Of a stretch of 64,000 nt of DNA, positions 38,260 to 47,417 are shown piece after piece (position 1 is the first letter of the stretch; each line of letters opens with the position of its first letter). The notes beneath the pieces were generated by a model. The model saw nothing but the letters and a program-made list of their open reading frames with translations, was not told the origin of the DNA and searched no databases. Made by a program: the position numbers and the translations under genes. This stretch comes from Aphanocapsa lilacina HA4352-LM1 (GTDB lineage Bacteria; Cyanobacteriota; Cyanobacteriia; Gloeobacterales; Gloeobacteraceae), in contig JAHHGR010000017.1 of NCBI GenBank assembly GCA_019359725.1, positions 633 to 64,632 on the forward strand, in the 5' to 3' direction.

Positions 38260-40449
38260 GTGACAAGCCATCCTCTTTACGTGGCCTTTATCTGGCACCA
38301 GCACCAACCGCTCTATAGAAGTGCCCTCTCGGGCCGCTACCTGATGCCGTGGGTGCGGCTGCACGGCACCAAAGATTATCTGGACCTGGCGCTGATTTTG
38401 GAGCGCTATCCGAAGCTGCACCAGACCTTTAACCTGGTGCCGTCGCTGTTGATGCAGATCGAGGACTATATCGCCGGAACCGCCATGGATCCGTGGCTGG
38501 AGGTGCTGCTCAAGCCGGTGGAGCAACTCACCCCCAACGACCGACGCTTCATCATCGAGCGGTTCTTCGACGCCAACTGGGAAAATCTCATCCACCCGTA
38601 TCCGCGCTATAGCCAACTGTTGGAGATCCGCCAGCAGCGCGGCATCAACTGGTGCCTGGAGCACTGGCAGGCGGCGGAGTACGAGGATTTGCTCGCCTGG
38701 CATAACCTCTGCTGGTTCGATCCGATCTTTCAAGAGGAAGACCCGCAGGTGCGCTCCTGGATAGCCCAGGATAGCGGCTTTACCCTGGCTGATCGCGAAG
38801 CCATCTACGCCAAACAGCGCCAGATCATGAGCCGCATCGTCTCCCAGCACAAATTGATGCAGGAGCGCGGGCAAATCGAGGTAACCACCACCCCCTACAC
38901 CCACCCGATCTTGCCCTTGCTCGCCAACACCGACAGCGGCCGGGTGGCCAGGCCCCAGATGGCGCTGCCGCGCTCGCGCTTCCATTGGCCCCAGGATGTG
39001 CGCACACAGCTTCTTAAAGGCAAAGAAAACTACCAGACCCGCTTCGATTGCGACCCGCGCGGTTTGTGGCCTTCGGAAGAGTCGGTGAGCCCGGCGGTCT
39101 TGCCTGAGGTGGTGAAGGCGGGTTTCAAGTGGCTGGTCTCCGACGAGGGCGTGCTCGGCTGTTCGATCGACCACTTTTTCAACCGCGACAACTACGGCCA
39201 TGTCCAGGCGCCGGACTTGCTCTACCGGCCCTATCTGGTGGAGACGCCCGCCGGGCCGGTCTCGATGGTCTTTCGCGACAACCGCCTGTCGGATTTGATC
39301 GGCTTCGAGTACGCCTCGCGCCCAGCTGAGGAGGCTGCCCGCGACTTTATCGAACAACTGGAGGCCATCGGCCGTCTCATCAAGGCCCAGAAAGCCCCCG
39401 GGCCGCACCTGGTGACGGTGGCCCTCGACGGCGAGAACTGCTGGGAGTACTACAACCAGGACGGCAAACCCTTCCTAGAAGCGCTCTACTCCCGCCTCTC
39501 GCGCCACCGCTCGATCAAACTCGTCACCGTCAGCGAATACCTCGACCGCTTCGGTGCGGAGCGTTCGATCCCGCTCGAGCGCCTCCACAGCGGCTCGTGG
39601 ATCAACGCCGATTTCACCACCTGGATAGGCGATCCGGTCAAAAACCGCGCCTGGGAACTGCTCGCCCAGGCCCGCCAGGTGATCGAAGTCCACCCGCGCG
39701 CCACCGACGCCTCCTGGGAGGCGCTTTGGGCGGCGGAGGGGTCCGACTGGTTCTGGTGGTTCGGCTACGGCCACAGCTCCGCCCAGGACGCTTTGTTCGA
39801 TCAACTCTTTCGCGAGCATCTGCAGGCGCTGTACGTCTCGCTCGGCGAAGCGATCCCCAAGGCCCTCCGTTCGCCCCTGGAGCGCCACGATTCGCCCGGA
39901 AGCCGAGTGCCCAGGGCCTTCATCCAACCGCAGATTACCGGCTACGGCTTCGAGCAGGAGTGGAGCGAGGCCGGTTGTTACGAGGTGGGCGGGGCGCGCG
40001 GTACGATGCACCGGTCGGCCAGTGTCCAGCGCGTTTGGTACGGCACCGATCACCGCCATTTTTATCTGCGCCTCGACTTCGGCGGCGAGCGGCCCCAGGC
40101 GGTGCACCTCTACTGGTACTATCCCCACCAGGTCCATCACAACAGTGCCGTGCCGCTCAGGGAACGCCCGGCGCAGGGAACGGCCAGCTACCAGTTTCGC
40201 CACGGCCTGGAGTTGCACCTGCAGCACCGCCACTGCCAATTGAAGGCGGCGGGCGAGTATGACCGTTGGCACGATGTGCCCACCTCCACCCGCTTCGCTG
40301 TGCAGGAGTGCCTGGAATTGGCCGTGCCCTGGGAAGATCTGGAGATGAGTTCGGGGATTCAGCCGCAATTTATCGTCGTGCTTGCCCGCGACGGCCGTTT
40401 TGAGACGGCGATTCCCGAAGGGGAAACCCTCGAAGTGCAGGTGCCATAG
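38260..40449 (+). CDS. Glycoside hydrolase family 57 (amylopullulanase-like)
   Basis: WHQHQP, PWVRLH, PYTHPILPL, GLWPSEE, VALDGEN, AEGSDWFWW. Confidence 0.92.
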   Translation: MTSHPLYVAFIWHQHQPLYRSALSGRYLMPWVRLHGTKDYLDLALILERYPKLHQTFNLVPSLLMQIEDYIAGTAMDPWLEVLLKPVEQLTPNDRRFIIERFFDANWENLIHPYPRYSQLLEIRQQRGINWCLEHWQAAEYEDLLAWHNLCWFDPIFQEEDPQVRSWIAQDSGFTLADREAIYAKQRQIMSRIVSQHKLMQERGQIEVTTTPYTHPILPLLANTDSGRVARPQMALPRSRFHWPQDVRTQLLKGKENYQTRFDCDPRGLWPSEESVSPAVLPEVVKAGFKWLVSDEGVLGCSIDHFFNRDNYGHVQAPDLLYRPYLVETPAGPVSMVFRDNRLSDLIGFEYASRPAEEAARDFIEQLEAIGRLIKAQKAPGPHLVTVALDGENCWEYYNQDGKPFLEALYSRLSRHRSIKLVTVSEYLDRFGAERSIPLERLHSGSWINADFTTWIGDPVKNRAWELLAQARQVIEVHPRATDASWEALWAAEGSDWFWWFGYGHSSAQDALFDQLFREHLQALYVSLGEAIPKALRSPLERHDSPGSRVPRAFIQPQITGYGFEQEWSEAGCYEVGGARGTMHRSASVQRVWYGTDHRHFYLRLDFGGERPQAVHLYWYYPHQVHHNSAVPLRERPAQGTASYQFRHGLELHLQHRHCQLKAAGEYDRWHDVPTSTRFAVQECLELAVPWEDLEMSSGIQPQFIVVLARDGRFETAIPEGETLEVQVP

Positions 40450-40485
40450 ATCAGGCGTCAGTAAGCCCCTGACGCCTGGCACCGC

Positions 40486-41184
40486 TCAAACAACAGCCAG
40501 GGCGCTTGCCACCAGGCCCTCAAAAAGCCTTCGCCCGTCACTGCCCCCGAGGCTCGGGTCGCTCGCCCGCTCGGGATGGGGCATCATGCCCAGCACGTTG
40601 CCGTGCCGGTTGCAGAGGCCGGCGATGTTGTGGAGCGAACCGTTCGGGTTGCCGACGGCGTCGATGGTGCCATCCGGACGGCAGTAACGAAAGACGATCT
40701 GGCGATTTTCTTCCAGCTCGGCCAGGGTCGCTTCCTCGGCGTAGTAGCAGCCCTCGCCGTGGGCGATGGGCAGGGTAATCACCTCGTCCGGCTGGTAGGA
40801 GTGCACCCACGGCAGATCGGTGCGCTCGACTTTGAGGGCCACCCGATCGCAGACGAACTGCAGAGCGCGGTTGCGCATCAGGGCACCCGGGAGCAATCCC
40901 GCCTCGGTGAGAACCTGAAAACCGTTGCAGATGCCGATCACCAGACCGCCGCGCTCGGCGTGGCGGCGCACGGCCTGCATGACGGGCGAGAAGCGGGCGA
41001 TGGCGCCGCAGCGCAGGTAGTCGCCGTAACTGAAGCCGCCGGGGATTACAGCCACATCGCAGCCGTCCAGGTCGTCCTCGGTGTGCCAGACCAGGCGGGT
41101 CGGCTGGTCCAGCAGGCCGCGGGTGACAGTGACCACGTCGCGGTCGCAGTTGGAACCGGGAAAGACGATGACGGCGAATTTCAT
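40486..41184 (-). CDS. purQ: Phosphoribosylformylglycinamidine synthase I
   Basis: MKFAVIVFPGSNCDRD, PGGFSYGDYLR, GICNGFQ, GMMPHPER. Confidence 0.96.
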   Translation of the reverse strand: MKFAVIVFPGSNCDRDVVTVTRGLLDQPTRLVWHTEDDLDGCDVAVIPGGFSYGDYLRCGAIARFSPVMQAVRRHAERGGLVIGICNGFQVLTEAGLLPGALMRNRALQFVCDRVALKVERTDLPWVHSYQPDEVITLPIAHGEGCYYAEEATLAELEENRQIVFRYCRPDGTIDAVGNPNGSLHNIAGLCNRHGNVLGMMPHPERASDPSLGGSDGRRLFEGLVASALAVV

Positions 41185-41335
41185 GGCGGGTCCCAGGGGT
41201 ACGCGACCATTGTGCCAGATCCGGATCCTCGAAGGCTGGAGCAGGCGCAGCAACTGGAACCTGCCGGTATCTGGCCTTGATGATGCCGGGCAGATCAGCG
41301 AGACTGGTTGGCAGCGCACCCCTGAAGCAAAGCGT

Positions 41336-42676
41336 ATGTTGCGACTGATCACCCAGTTGTCCGAAGCGCAAACCGAAATCAAGCGGATTGCCGCGCGAAC
41401 GCACTCCGAGCAGGTGCAACACCAAGAAGCGACCGTCCGCGAAATCCTGCAGAACGTTCGCCGCCAGGGGGACGAAGCGCTGTTGCGCTACACCCTCGAA
41501 TTTGATCAGGTGCGCCTTGCCCCAGGGGATCTGGTGGTGGGCGCCGCCGAACTGGACGCCGCCTATCAGCGGGTCTCCACCAGTCTGCTCAAGGCGATTC
41601 GCCTCGCCAAGCAGCGCATCGAGCAGTTTCACCGCGAGCGCATCTGCAAATCCTGGGTACAATTTCAAGATCGCGGGATTGTGCTGGGTCGGCGCTACAC
41701 GCCCGTCGATGCGGCCGGGCTCTACATTCCGGGCGGGCGGGCGAGTTATCCCAGTTCGGTGCTGATGAGCGCTATCCCGGCCGTGGTGGCGGGAGTTTCC
41801 CGCATCGTGCTGGTCACCCCGCCCAACCCCGAGGGCAAGATCAACCCGGCCGTGCTGGTGGCCGCCCAAGAATCAGGGGTGCACGAAATTTACCGCATCG
41901 GCGGCGCCCAGGCGATCGGAGCCCTCACCTACGGTACGCGCACGATCGCCCCGGTGAGTGTCATCTCCGGCCCCGGCAATATCTACGTCACCCTGGCCAA
42001 AAAACTGGTTTACGGCGAGGTGGGCATCGACTCGCTGGCCGGCCCGTCCGAGGTGCTCATCATCGCCGACAGCACCGCCAATCCGGTGTTTCTGGCGGCG
42101 GACATGCTCGCCCAGGCCGAGCACGACTCCCTCGCCTCGGCCATTTTGATCACCCCCGACGGCCGCCTGGCCGAGCGCACCATCGAGGCGGTCGACCGCC
42201 AACTCGAAAACCACCCACGCCGCACGCTCACCGAAAAATCCCTCGCCAACTACGGTCTGGTGATCGTCACCGCCGATCTGGCCGAGGCGGCGGCCCTGTC
42301 GAACCTGTTTGCCCCCGAACATCTCGAACTGGAGGTCGAAGATCCCTGGGAGTTGCTCGAAAAGGTGCGCCACGCCGGGGCAATCTTTTTAGGCCACGCC
42401 ACCCCGGAGGCGGTGGGCGACTATCTGGCCGGACCCAGCCACATTCTGCCCACCTCCGGCACGGCGCGCTACGCCTCGGGAGTCGGGGTCGAGACGTTCC
42501 AGAAGTGCTCCAGCCTGGTGCAGTACACCCCCCAGGCCCTGGCCGAGGTGGGAGAAGCGATCGACGCGTTGACTGCCGCCGAGGGATTGCCTTCCCACGG
42601 CGATTCGGTGCGCCTGCGGTTGCAGCAGTACGAAAACCCGCACTCCCCAACTCAACAGCAGCAACAGGAGGAGTGA
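41336..42676 (+). CDS. hisD: Histidinol dehydrogenase
   Basis: GLYIPGGRASYPS, GPGNIYV, AGPSE, AQAEHD, APEHLEL, GPSHILPT. Confidence 0.96.
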   Translation: MLRLITQLSEAQTEIKRIAARTHSEQVQHQEATVREILQNVRRQGDEALLRYTLEFDQVRLAPGDLVVGAAELDAAYQRVSTSLLKAIRLAKQRIEQFHRERICKSWVQFQDRGIVLGRRYTPVDAAGLYIPGGRASYPSSVLMSAIPAVVAGVSRIVLVTPPNPEGKINPAVLVAAQESGVHEIYRIGGAQAIGALTYGTRTIAPVSVISGPGNIYVTLAKKLVYGEVGIDSLAGPSEVLIIADSTANPVFLAADMLAQAEHDSLASAILITPDGRLAERTIEAVDRQLENHPRRTLTEKSLANYGLVIVTADLAEAAALSNLFAPEHLELEVEDPWELLEKVRHAGAIFLGHATPEAVGDYLAGPSHILPTSGTARYASGVGVETFQKCSSLVQYTPQALAEVGEAIDALTAAEGLPSHGDSVRLRLQQYENPHSPTQQQQQEE

Positions 42677-43734
42677 TGCAACCCTATCTACGCCCCGATC
42701 TGGACCGGTTGCAGGCTTACCATACGCCCCACTTTCCGGAGGCCGACAAGCTCGACGCCAACGAACTGCCCCACGATCTGCCCGAGTGGCTCAAAAACAA
42801 GCTCGCCTTTTTGCTGGAGCAGGGCGTGCGAACGAACCGCTATCCCGAGGGCGATCCGTTGGCCCTCAAGGCGGCCATCGCCGAGTACTGCGGGGTCACC
42901 TCGGACATGGTCTGCGTCGGCAACGGCTCGGACGAGTTGATTCGCTCGCTCATCACAGCGACTTGCCTGGGTGGCCGGGGGACGGTGGCAAGCGCCGAAC
43001 CTACCTTCTCGATGTACCGCATCCTGGCTGAGACCCTGGCGGTACCCTACGTCGGCGTCGCGCGTACAGCCGATTACGGCGTCGATGCGGACGCCCTGGA
43101 GGCCGTCATCCAGGCAAACGGCGTGCGGGTGCTGTTTCTGGCCAATCCCAACAGCCCGACCGGCAACCTACTTTCTGACGAGATTATCGAGCGCCTCGGA
43201 TCCCTGCCGGTGCTGGTGGTTCTCGACGAGGCCTACTACGAATTCAGCCGCTTTAGCGCCGTACCTTTGCTGTGGGAGCGGCCGAACCTGGTTATCTTGC
43301 GCACGTTTTCCAAAGCCTTTCGCCTCGCCAATTTCCGGGTGGGCTACGCCCTCGCCAACCCCGAGATTGCCGCAGTCCTCGAAAAGGTGCGCCTGCCCTA
43401 CAATCTGCCGGGTCTGTCGCAGCTGGCCGCTTTTGCTGCCCTCGAACATCGCGATGTCCTCCTTGCGGCCATTCCTGAGATCCTGGCGGAGCGCCGGCGT
43501 ATCGAGCGCTTTCTGGCCGATTTCGAAGAGATCGAGCGATTTGCGAGCGACGCCAATTTTCTGTTTGTCCGGCCCCACACCGCCGATCCCGAGGCGGTGC
43601 GGGTTGCCCTGGCCGGGCGCGGCTCGCTGGTGCGCGGCGCGGCCGGTGGTCTGCGCATCACCGTGGGTACCCCCGAGCAGAACGACCGGCTTATCGCCAA
43701 TATTGCGGCGCTCTTTACACGGGAAATACGGTAG
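42676..43734 (+). CDS. hisC: Histidinol-phosphate aminotransferase
   Basis: KLDANE, NRYP, GNGSDE, NPNSPTG, LDEAYYEF, RTFSK; TGATG overlap with hisD. Confidence 0.93.
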   Translation: MQPYLRPDLDRLQAYHTPHFPEADKLDANELPHDLPEWLKNKLAFLLEQGVRTNRYPEGDPLALKAAIAEYCGVTSDMVCVGNGSDELIRSLITATCLGGRGTVASAEPTFSMYRILAETLAVPYVGVARTADYGVDADALEAVIQANGVRVLFLANPNSPTGNLLSDEIIERLGSLPVLVVLDEAYYEFSRFSAVPLLWERPNLVILRTFSKAFRLANFRVGYALANPEIAAVLEKVRLPYNLPGLSQLAAFAALEHRDVLLAAIPEILAERRRIERFLADFEEIERFASDANFLFVRPHTADPEAVRVALAGRGSLVRGAAGGLRITVGTPEQNDRLIANIAALFTREIR

Positions 43735-44518
43735 TCAGCGGCTGGACTCGGCCGAGTTGCTCGACCATCGCCGGGTGCAGCGCGCCGTTGGTGGCGAGCA
43801 CCCGGCCCGAGCGCAGATCCAGCGGCGCGCCGTCGTAGGCGCTCACCGTGCCGCCCGCCTCCCTCACCAGCACGATCCCGGCCACCATGTCCCAGGGCGA
43901 GAGGCCCCGCTCCCAGAAGCCGTCGAAGCGTCCTGCCGCCACGTAGGCCAGATCCAGCGCCGCTGAACCGCCCCGGCGCACCCCCTGGGTGAGGTGGGTG
44001 AACTGACAAAATTCGGCGTAGTTGTTGTCGGGCGTCTCGCGCCGGTCGTAGGCAAACCCGGTAGCCAGCAGGCTGCGATCCAGCCTTTCGGTAGTCGAGA
44101 TGGCGATCGGCCGGTGGTTGCAAAAGGCTCCCAATCCCCGCGCGGCCGAGAACAGTTCCCCCGCCACCGGGTCGTAGACCGCCCCCACCACCGGGGTGCC
44201 GTCGATGAGCAGACCGATCGACACGCAAAAAACCGGATAGCGGTGGGCAAAGTTTGTCGTGCCATCCAACGGATCCACGGCCCACAAAAAGGGGCTGTCC
44301 TCGATACCGGCCAGCCCCGATTCCTCCGCGAGGATGCCGTGGTCGGGGTAGTGGCGCTTGAGGGTAGCGAGGATCACCGCCTCCGCGGCGCGATCGGCCT
44401 CGGTGACCAGATTGCCGGGGGTCTTCTCGTCGAAATCCGCGAGCTTGCCCAGATAGCCCAACAGCACCGCCCCCGCCGTCCGCGCCGCCACACAGGCGAT
44501 ATCCAAAAACCGCTCCAT
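43715..44518 (-). CDS. suhB: Inositol monophosphatase family protein (SuhB type)
   Basis: LVTEAD, AEES, VDPLDGTTNFAH, GSAALDL, WDMVAG. Confidence 0.85.
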   Translation of the reverse strand: MERFLDIACVAARTAGAVLLGYLGKLADFDEKTPGNLVTEADRAAEAVILATLKRHYPDHGILAEESGLAGIEDSPFLWAVDPLDGTTNFAHRYPVFCVSIGLLIDGTPVVGAVYDPVAGELFSAARGLGAFCNHRPIAISTTERLDRSLLATGFAYDRRETPDNNYAEFCQFTHLTQGVRRGGSAALDLAYVAAGRFDGFWERGLSPWDMVAGIVLVREAGGTVSAYDGAPLDLRSGRVLATNGALHPAMVEQLGRVQPLTTVFPV

Positions 44519-44592
44519 CGGCCGCCTCCTTTTGCCTTCCCTCAGGCTAACCGCAGAGGCTGGAACCGTACAGCCCGTCGCGCCCAGCCGCC

Positions 44593-45243
44593 ATGATGAT
44601 CTTCCAGCCCGCCCAGGCCCGCAAAACCCGTTCGGAGCAGCTGCTCCATCGGCGGGGGATCGCTGTCGATGCCGAGTTGCCCCCCCTGCCCGACGAGCAG
44701 ACGGTGCGTCTGCGCCCGGCTCGGGAGGTGGCCGAACGCGCCCTGGCACTGTTTGCTATAGCCGCCCGCGCCGAGGGGTTGGATCAGGCAGCCGCCATCC
44801 AGTTTCTCGAGGAGCGCGGCCTCTGGATGGCCGCCACCTGCGAGGAGCAGACTTTTTTGTTGGATCCCGAACCCGACGAGCAGGACCGACTGCAGTTCGT
44901 CTGGCGCTACGAGAGTCTGTGGGTATTGCTCTGGGCGCTCGGATACATCGACCCTCTCGGTTGGCCGGGAAACATCTGCGATATCGAGCGCATCACGTTG
45001 ATCGCCCTGCGCACATCGGTCGAAGCCTTGGTCACGATGACTGTACTGCGACCCGCAGGCGAAATCCTCGATGCGGTGGATCTCACCTATCGGTGCCATT
45101 GGGCGGCTGCCAATGCGCGGCTCAAAGGCGAAGACCCGCCCGGCAACCTCGATGCCAGCGTCGTCTACGAGCGGTACTATGCCCTCAACTGGCTCACCTG
45201 TCACCTCGATCAGGAGTGGGACGATATCTCCACGGATCTTTAA
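44593..45243 (+). CDS. DUF4272 domain protein
   Basis: WRYESLWVLLWALG, ILDAVDLTYRCHWA, LDASVVYERYYALNWL, EWDDISTD. Confidence 0.8.
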   Translation: MMIFQPAQARKTRSEQLLHRRGIAVDAELPPLPDEQTVRLRPAREVAERALALFAIAARAEGLDQAAAIQFLEERGLWMAATCEEQTFLLDPEPDEQDRLQFVWRYESLWVLLWALGYIDPLGWPGNICDIERITLIALRTSVEALVTMTVLRPAGEILDAVDLTYRCHWAAANARLKGEDPPGNLDASVVYERYYALNWLTCHLDQEWDDISTDL

Positions 45244-45266
45244 ACCGGCCGTCAGATAGCAAAACG

Positions 45267-45446
45267 ATGGAACCAACCTTCGCGCAGCTTCTGAAAACTT
45301 ACATCCTCGCTTGCAACCTTACCCGGTTCTATCGTTCAGTCGAGCTCGTTAGACTGGACGAGCGAACCGGCTTTGTCGTGATCCTGGCCGGAGCAGAAAC
45401 CGAGATAGAAATAGCCCACAACGGCGCCTGGAGGCTTTTACCATGA
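45267..45446 (+). CDS. Small DUF6888-like protein (59 aa)
   Basis: MEPTFAQLL...LTRFYRSVELVRLDERTGFVVILAGAETEIEIAHNGAWRLL; ATGA overlap with the next gene. Confidence 0.65.
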   Translation: MEPTFAQLLKTYILACNLTRFYRSVELVRLDERTGFVVILAGAETEIEIAHNGAWRLLP

Positions 45447-45655
45447 GCATACCGGACTTCGACACCTTGCCTCTCGACGAATTCAAACGGTACATACTCG
45501 CTCATCGCGATGACGACGATGCCTTTCACATCTACATGGCCCGGTCCCGCAAAGAGCACACTTGGAGCCGGTGGTACCGTGACGGCGAGGAGGAGCAGTT
45601 CATGGCAGATCTCCTGCGCAGCCTTGAGCAACGGCAAGGCAATGAAGGCGTTTGA
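45443..45655 (+). CDS. Small DUF6887-like protein
   Basis: MSIPDFDTLPLDEFKRYILAHRDDDDAF. Confidence 0.7.
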   Translation: MSIPDFDTLPLDEFKRYILAHRDDDDAFHIYMARSRKEHTWSRWYRDGEEEQFMADLLRSLEQRQGNEGV

Positions 45656-45724
45656 GCAATTTTCTTGGCTTACCCCCTGGCAACCCACCGGGGGGCGTAT
45701 GTTAGCCTGTTGAAGCCGAAAGAT

Positions 45725-45806
45725 GGGTCGGTGTCCGAGTGGTTAAAGGAGACGGACTGTAAATCCGTTGGCTCTGCCTACGTTGGTTCAAATCCAACCC
45801 GGCCCA
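45725..45806 (+). tRNA. trnY: tRNA-Tyr(GTA)
   Basis: GGGTCGG...GACGGACT-GTA-AATCCGT, long variable arm, GGTTCAAATCC, CCGGCCCA; CCA not encoded. Confidence 0.97.
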
Positions 45807-45817
45807 CATTTATCCAC

Positions 45818-45889
45818 GCTGCTATGGCGCAGTGGTAGCGCATCCCCTTGGTAAGGGGAAGGTCGCGAGTTCGAATCTCGCTAGCAGCT
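45818..45889 (+). tRNA. trnT: tRNA-Thr(GGT)
   Basis: GCTGCTA...TCCCCTT-GGT-AAGGGGA...GAGTTCGAATCTC-GCTAGCAGCT. Confidence 0.97.
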
Positions 45890-46096
45890 TTGAAGCCACG
45901 TAAGGCATCGTGTGAGTGTTTGCGCAGATGCAGCCACCAGTCCGTTGCCTCTGTCCAGCCGGTCTAGTCAGAAGAATAGCGGTTGTGATAGGTTCCTTGG
46001 GTCGGCTTTGTAGACCAAGAACGTGTGTACGCTGAACGGGCACCCTTCGTTGCGATTCCATGCCTTGAGGCCCTTCCATGTTGGTGAGTATTCAAG

Positions 46097-47245
46097 ATGC
46101 AAAACGCTCTTAAATTTGCAACGTTGCTAGCATTTGCGGTGACAATTGCCGGAAGCACCCAGCTTCCACCGCAGGCCGCCGCCCAGACGGCACCTGAGGA
46201 TGTCCTGGTCTCCGATCCGAGCGAAGGGATAGCCGATCCGGAGTTTGATCAGTACTTTGGACGCTTTACCTGGGTCGACGGCCAGGGCAACGTCTGGCTC
46301 GGAAACGTCGATCCGCAGACCGGAGACTTTTTGCCCCCCAACGGCAAAGCCATCCTGGTCGATACTGGTGCAGTCTCCCTCCTGGAAGTGGGCAATGGCC
46401 CGGAGTGGGTCTACACCAGCTCCGGGCCCCAGATTGTCTATACTAAATACGACAACAACGGGCGTTTTGCCATCGCCCGGGGCCGCCAGACCGGCGATAC
46501 TTGGGGGGGGGCACTGCTGCAAAAAGCGAGTGCCCGCTACGGTCCCTACGGCAGCCTCGACCGCTTCGACCCGAAGCCGCGCATTTCCTACGTCGGTCGC
46601 GACGCCGCAGGCAAGCAGGTCGTCGAATGGCGCTATCTCGATCAACCGGACAGCGAAGCGGAGATTCCCGGTTCGATCCCGCCGGGGGGGCGTTGGGTGG
46701 AGGGATTGCCCGCCATCGTCCTGCCCCAGCGCGCCAAAAGCACCAACCGGCAGGCCTTTTTCTACAACGTCGAGACTGGCGAACTGGAGCAACTGACCTT
46801 CGACACTGGAGACAAGGCCCACGTCTTTATGTGGAAAGCTCCGGAGTATAACAATGAGTACATCTTTCTTGCCCTCGTCGACGAAACAAGCATTGGCGTA
46901 TACCGCAAAGTAGACGGAGCCTGGACCCGGATCAACACCGTCAAGCCGCCTTCGGTGGGCAATTACCTCTGGTCGCCCGAACCCTTTGTGCACAACGGCA
47001 AGTCCTATCTGATCATGACCACCTCGACCAGCGACGACCAAAAAAGTACGACCGTCCCGACCGACGTCTGGATGGCGGGCATCGACCCGGAGGCGCCGTT
47101 TTATAAGCAAGTCAGCGATCCGTCTGTGAAGGTGCGCAAGGATCCTGAAGTTTTCTTTACCGCCAACGGCCCCTATATCTATTACTCGGCCCTCCGGCCG
47201 AACGTCATCTACCGGTCGGATCCCGGCCTCGGACCGGCCCAGTGA
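46097..47245 (+). CDS. Secreted hypothetical protein, probably beta-propeller-like
   Basis: Signal peptide; beta-rich repeats (NGPEWVY, LEQLTFD, YLWSPEPF, KDPEVF). Confidence 0.75.
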   Translation: MQNALKFATLLAFAVTIAGSTQLPPQAAAQTAPEDVLVSDPSEGIADPEFDQYFGRFTWVDGQGNVWLGNVDPQTGDFLPPNGKAILVDTGAVSLLEVGNGPEWVYTSSGPQIVYTKYDNNGRFAIARGRQTGDTWGGALLQKASARYGPYGSLDRFDPKPRISYVGRDAAGKQVVEWRYLDQPDSEAEIPGSIPPGGRWVEGLPAIVLPQRAKSTNRQAFFYNVETGELEQLTFDTGDKAHVFMWKAPEYNNEYIFLALVDETSIGVYRKVDGAWTRINTVKPPSVGNYLWSPEPFVHNGKSYLIMTTSTSDDQKSTTVPTDVWMAGIDPEAPFYKQVSDPSVKVRKDPEVFFTANGPYIYYSALRPNVIYRSDPGLGPAQ

Positions 47246-47417
47246 TCCCGTATGGGGGCGCCCCCCGCCCCCTGCCCTGCTCCGGCACGATCTTGCAAAA
47301 ATTATCTTGATGTAACTAGCTGGGCAGTGCGGATTAAAGTCCCGACAAGCTGGTCTTAGCAAAAGGTTTACGTCGAACCTTTACACTCGGCACGCTGTGG
47401 ATCGGAGCACATGGCGA

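Noticed and set aside
41185-41382. purS upstream of purQ
   Set aside because: The translation lacks PurS motifs (VTLRPSVLDP, LLANPVIE).
47334-47390. Canonical Pho box upstream of phoD as a firm feature
   Set aside because: The spacing is not the 11-bp period, so it is kept only as a remark in a finding.
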